Source of the DNA: Heterodontus francisci
Lineage: Eukaryota
Assembly (NCBI RefSeq): GCF_036365525.1
Contig: NC_090411.1
Coordinates: forward strand, 21,343,259 to 21,407,258
DNA: 64,000 nt
Direction of reading: 5' to 3'
The notes beneath the pieces are model-generated. The model searched no databases. It worked only from the letters and a program-made list of their open reading frames with translations, and was not told the DNA's origin. Below are positions 59,000 to 64,000 of the stretch, one piece after another. Numbering within the stretch: position 1 is the first letter of the stretch; every line of letters starts with the position of its first letter. Position numbers and translations under genes: made by a program.

Positions 59000-59410
59000 C
59001 TTTTTTTTATTCTTTCATGGAACGTGAGCATCACTGGCAAGGCCAGCATTTGTTGCCCATCCCTAATTGCCCCTGACAACTGAGTGGCTTGCTAGGCCAT
59101 TTCAGAGGACAGTTAAGAGTCAACTATATTGCTGTGGATCTGGAATCACATGTCGGCCAGACTGGGTAAGGACAGCAGATTTCCTTCCTTAAAGGACATT
59201 AGTCAACCAAATAAGTTTTTACAACAATTGATAATAGCTTCATAGCACCATTACTGAGACTAGCTTTCAATTCCAGATTTTTTTGTATTAATTAATTGAA
59301 TTTAAATTCCACCAGCTGCCATGGTGGGATTTGAATCCATGTCCCCAAAGCATTAGCCCAGGCCTCTGGATTACTAGTCCAGTGACAATACCACTATGCC
59401 ACCAACTCCC
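59000..59410 (-). mobile_element. SINE sharing its tail with the 25390-25955 LINE family
   Basis: Tail GGCAAGGCCAGCATTTGTTGCCCATCCCTAATTGCCC and a tRNA-like head near 59320-59410. A related copy lies at about 46875-47260. Confidence 0.7.
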
Positions 59411-62409
59411 CTAACTTTCACCCCTTTGTATTCCAGATCCCTTGAGATAAAGGCTAATATTCTATTAGTCTTTCTGATTATTTCTTTGTACCTGTCCACC
59501 AGGTTGTAGTGATTTCTAGTGACCTCACACTTCCCCACATTGAACTTCATCTGCTATGTGTAAGTATTATAAATAGGAAGTTTGTACAGGACAGATAAAT
59601 GTTACAGATGAGAATGACAGACAGGCATGACGGAAATGTTGTGACAGACAAAGCGTGCCAGGAATGTGTTCCAGGAAGTCAGTGTTAAACTACGCAAGTG
59701 CATGCTGTACAAATTATATATTCTGTTCTGGGAGGAGGGCAGTTAGCTGCTGGGGGGGTTGAAGTAGGGAGAGGGGTGCACTGCTCTGCTGAGTGATTTG
59801 GAAGAAGTTTATAAGAGATTTCCTTAGCGAAGTGTATATTTCCATTAGCTTCTGGGAAATAACTAATGTTTCCCTTACCCACTCCTTGTAGATGAATCTA
59901 TCTCCATCCTATTAAAATTCTGATGATTGCACGTATTTACTGTCTACAATACTTGTTCTTGCACTTTTGTCACTTTTATATTAACTTTTCCTGCGATAAG
60001 CTCCTGAGTTAATATTTATAATGGAAAGCCCTGTCTAGACTGGCTCCTGTACCTGTGTAATTACAGACTATGGAGACGAGATGGGCGTTTATTATATTTT
60101 TCCCATATATGGTACAAAAAGATTTTTGAATTTTTTTCTTTTGTCATTTTTCTTTCTCTAACTGAATTTTCCAAAGTCCGGAGTATGCTTTTAAATAAAA
60201 TAGATAAATAAATCATGCCTATTTCACAATAATATGATTACATTTATTAACTGAGTAGTCTTTTTTTTTATTATTTAATGCATTCTTTAAAGTGATTTAA
60301 CTTGATTGGTTTCGCCACACCAAATGCATGGCCTCAGACTTGATATTTTTGCCTAGAGTTGTGATCCTGTTGACTGAACTTGGATTGTACTGAACATTTA
60401 CCGTATATGTAATTTCTCAGGATGTATCAATACCACCACTCAATTAAGTAGACTGGTGAAATATCTTTTGTTAGCTTCCAAAAGTTTCTGCTCTGATGTT
60501 TATCAAATTTATTTAAAGAAAAGCTGGGGAGAAATGTCAAACGCCGAAGCCAAACTATTTTGAGAGACAAGGCACAACTTTGGTTAATGAAGTAACTGTA
60601 AAACCAGCCTTTGGTGTTAAAATGCTTGAATTTCACCCTATGAACTAAACCAATATAACCTCACCAACCTCACATATCAGCTTTATTAACCTGGGACATG
60701 TGGTCACTGATTCTACTGCCATGTACCCCATTGTACAATTATTTTCTCTGCTGTTCTTGCAGCAGTACATAGCTGAATATTTTACCTAAATTAGTCCGAA
60801 ATTACAAAAATGGGGTTTGAGGTTCAATGTTCAAAAGTGGCTTCTATAACAGACCAAGCCTTCTGTGAACAGAAATATGCTGTTATATGTGTGTGTGTTA
60901 TCATCGTTCAACTCTAATTGTGATATATTGCACACTAGTGATGCCTTAGAATACCCAGCTCAGTCTTCTGTTTTCCCGTCCTCTCCAAAAGAATAAAAAG
61001 CATGCCATGCAAACAATGAGTACAGGCTAAACCATTTAGCTAAATTTATTTACAGGTTGAATGATAAATAAAAGCAGTAAGACACACCAAAATGCTGAAC
61101 CAGCCTTCTACTTAATATTCATAACAGAATAAGTCAGAATAGTGCATTTGTAACAGAGTTTGTTAACTGAAGCAATCACGCTCATCTTGGTAGACTTCCC
61201 AATTGCAATCTCAGTGTAGAAGACTCAAATTCCAGTTCATCCATGAAGTTCAATTCTCTTGCCAGAAGTAAAGCTGAGCCACCAGAGCCTGGATCTTTTT
61301 TTTTCCCCCTGGGGAGCTTTTCATGTCATTATCATTTTCTTTTTGCAAACAAAGAGATTGAGATGTCAATGGTGCACCGGGATGGGAGTTCTGCCGATTT
61401 CCCAATGAAATACCTTTAGGACAGAATCTTCCCCATGTGATCAATGTTGTAAATTATGGTGAGGGAGTTTGAATGAATAATCCATCCACCCGCCATATCC
61501 TGGTCATGACTGAGGAATCCCTGGGTTACCCCATTAAGCCTAATTAACTGAGAGCCTATGGGCTAATAAAGATCCCGAAGAGTATTTTTAAAATGTTGTT
61601 GATATTCATTCCTCCATAGCCTTTCCCGATCCCGAGGTCTGCCCTCACAATGGCATGTCCCAGTTCCAATTCCCCTTCTACATTACAATAGTGACTACAC
61701 TTCAAAAGTACTTCATTGGCTGTAAAGCACTTTGCAATGTATGGTGGTCATGAAAAGGGCTAAATAAATGCAAGTCTTTTTTTCTGTCTGGGATGGAATT
61801 TCTGAAGTACCCTTACAGGCATCCACCATCCATTCAAATTATGTGAGCAGAATCAGCCCCAAAATAAAAGGACAGTGTATGTGCCCATGCATGTGGGCAC
61901 TTTCACTGCGGGAGTGGGACTTTTAAAACTTCATGGATGGATCTTTCCTCTATGCCATCATTTGGCAAGATTTGAATGGACAATTCCATTACTTGTCAAT
62001 CTATATACATTAACATTTTTGCTGACTGGTCCAGACAAGAAGTAACTTTTTTGACCTAGTTAGTCTTAGAGCGAAGAAATTGCAATAAAAAGAAAATGCA
62101 CTTCAGCCAGCTGTTTCCCACTGCCCGACCCTAACACTGTTTCCCACTGCCCGACCCTGACCCTACGGAAATATGCCAATTAAATGAAGTTAGAATAATT
62201 AAAAGTAGTAAGCTACAAGTGCACATAAATAGAATATTAATTTTTATATGTAATACTTCTAATCTCATTTTCTCTCACGTATCAAAGACTTAGAGGAAAG
62301 GTGGGTGAAAGTAAGTTATATTCAGTTTGGGGGGGGGGGGCGCGAAAAGTCACCAGATTTGAATCATTTTGAATTAAACATAAATTAAGACGTAACAATG
62401 AGCTTGTTT

Positions 62410-63650
62410 AAGAACATAAGAAATAGCAGCAAGACTAGGCCATATGTCCCCTCAAACCTATTCCTCAATCATGGCTGATCTTCTACATCAACTCCACTTT
62501 CCTACCTATCCACAGATGCCCTAGTGACTAAAAGGCTTTCGATCTCAGTCTTGAATATACTCATTAACTGAGAATCCGCAGCCCTCTGGGGTAGAGAATT
62601 TCAAAGATTCACAACCCTCTGAGTGATGAAATTTCTCCTCATCTCAGTCCTAAATGGCCGACCCCTTATCCTGAGATGATGACCCCAAGTTCTAGACTTC
62701 CTCACCAGTGGAGACAACCTCTCAACAGTTACAATTGTCAAGCCCTCTAAGAATTTTATACATTTCAATGAGATTACCTTTTGTTCTTCTAAATTACGGA
62801 GAACATAAACCCATTTTACTCAACCTCTTCTCATAGGACAGCCCTCTCATCACAGGAATCAATCTTGTGATCCTTCATTGCATGTCTTTTAAGGCAAGTA
62901 TATCATTCCTCAGGTAGGGAGGCCAAAACTATACACAGTACTCCAGGTGTGTTCTCACCAAAGCCAGATATAATTGCCGCAAAACGTCCTTACTCTTAGA
63001 CACTAACCCACTGCAATAAAGATGAACATACCTTTTGTCTTCCTAATTGCTTGCTGTACCTGCACGTTAACTTTCTGTGATTCATGTACAAGGACACCTA
63101 GGTCCCTCTGAATACCAACATTTCCCAATCTCTCATCTTTGAAAAGATATTTTACTTTTCCATTCTTCCTACCTAAGTGGTTAATTTTACACTTCCCCAC
63201 ATTCTGCCACCTTCTTGCTTAGTCTCTGTATGTCACTTTGCAGCCTCTTTGCATCTTCCTCATAGCTTACTTTATCATTTAACTTTGTATTGTCACAAAA
63301 CTTACTTACTTTACACTCATTGCCCTCATCTAAGTCACTGATATAGCTTGTAAATAGCTGAGGCCCAAGCACTGATCCTTGCGGCAATCCACTAGTTACA
63401 CCCTACCATCCAGATAATTACCCGTTTGTTCCTTCTCTCTTTTTTCTGTCCATTAACCAATCTTCAAACCATGCTAATCTATTATCCCCAATCCCATGAG
63501 GGGTAAACTTGTGTAATACTTCTTGTGTGGCACAAATGTACTGCATCCACTGGTTCCCCCTAATCTACCCTGCGAGTTACAACCGCAAAAAACTCGAACA
63601 GATTTGTCAAACACAATTTCCCTTTCTTAAAACTGTCAACTCTGCAATTG
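62410..63650 (-). mobile_element. CR1 LINE RT to 3' end
   Basis: PQGSVLGPQLF, KFCDNTKL and [14 protein letters not shown]. Confidence 0.93.
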
Positions 63651-64000
63651 TTGTATAATGGATACAAATACCATCATTAGAATAATAAAAATTGATGAAA
63701 TACTTACACATAGAGCAGGGAGTGTTGTTAGAAGACTCTTGAGAAACGGTGCCAGGATTCAGGAGTCAAAGGGAAGTTCTCTTTAGGGGGTCTGCGACGG
63801 AGAATGGACAAATCGTTCACTTTGTAAGCGGCATGACAGTGTCCTTTCCTCATAGTGCAATAACAGCCTGCAGCAGAGTTGTTTCGAGATTGTGTTGGGA
63901 GACGGTGCACTGAGTATCGGTGCAGGCACTGCAAAGTGGGTCAGTCAAACCCTTTTCATCTCAAATGTCACTGGGTTAGTGAAGACAGAGTGGGGTAACA

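Overview
Repeat-rich vertebrate genomic DNA. The HE1-like V-SINEs, SacSINE1-like Deu-SINEs, CR1, L2, Penelope and Harbinger elements point to a cartilaginous fish (shark). Two genes are supported, arranged tail to tail. (1) On the + strand are the last two coding exons of a SEPT3-subgroup septin (3392-3443 and 4184-4310). (2) On the - strand is a complete six-exon immunoglobulin-superfamily receptor gene (ATG at 52405, stop ending at 19715, about 402 aa), which I assembled by hand from GT-AG sites with matching phases. It encodes a leader, a germline-joined V-J domain with a TCR-like YYCAV...FGTGT and no RSS, a degenerate C1-like domain and an uncharged transmembrane helix. Its long cytoplasmic tail is built on an 18-bp coding minisatellite and ends in an ITIM (VQYSTL) and a polybasic KKRKKR terminus. 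This non-rearranging, antigen-receptor-like inhibitory receptor is the most interesting object in the window. Nearly all other ORFs in the track are decayed transposable-element fragments or low-complexity artefacts. Family assignments come from motif recognition only; no database searches were run.
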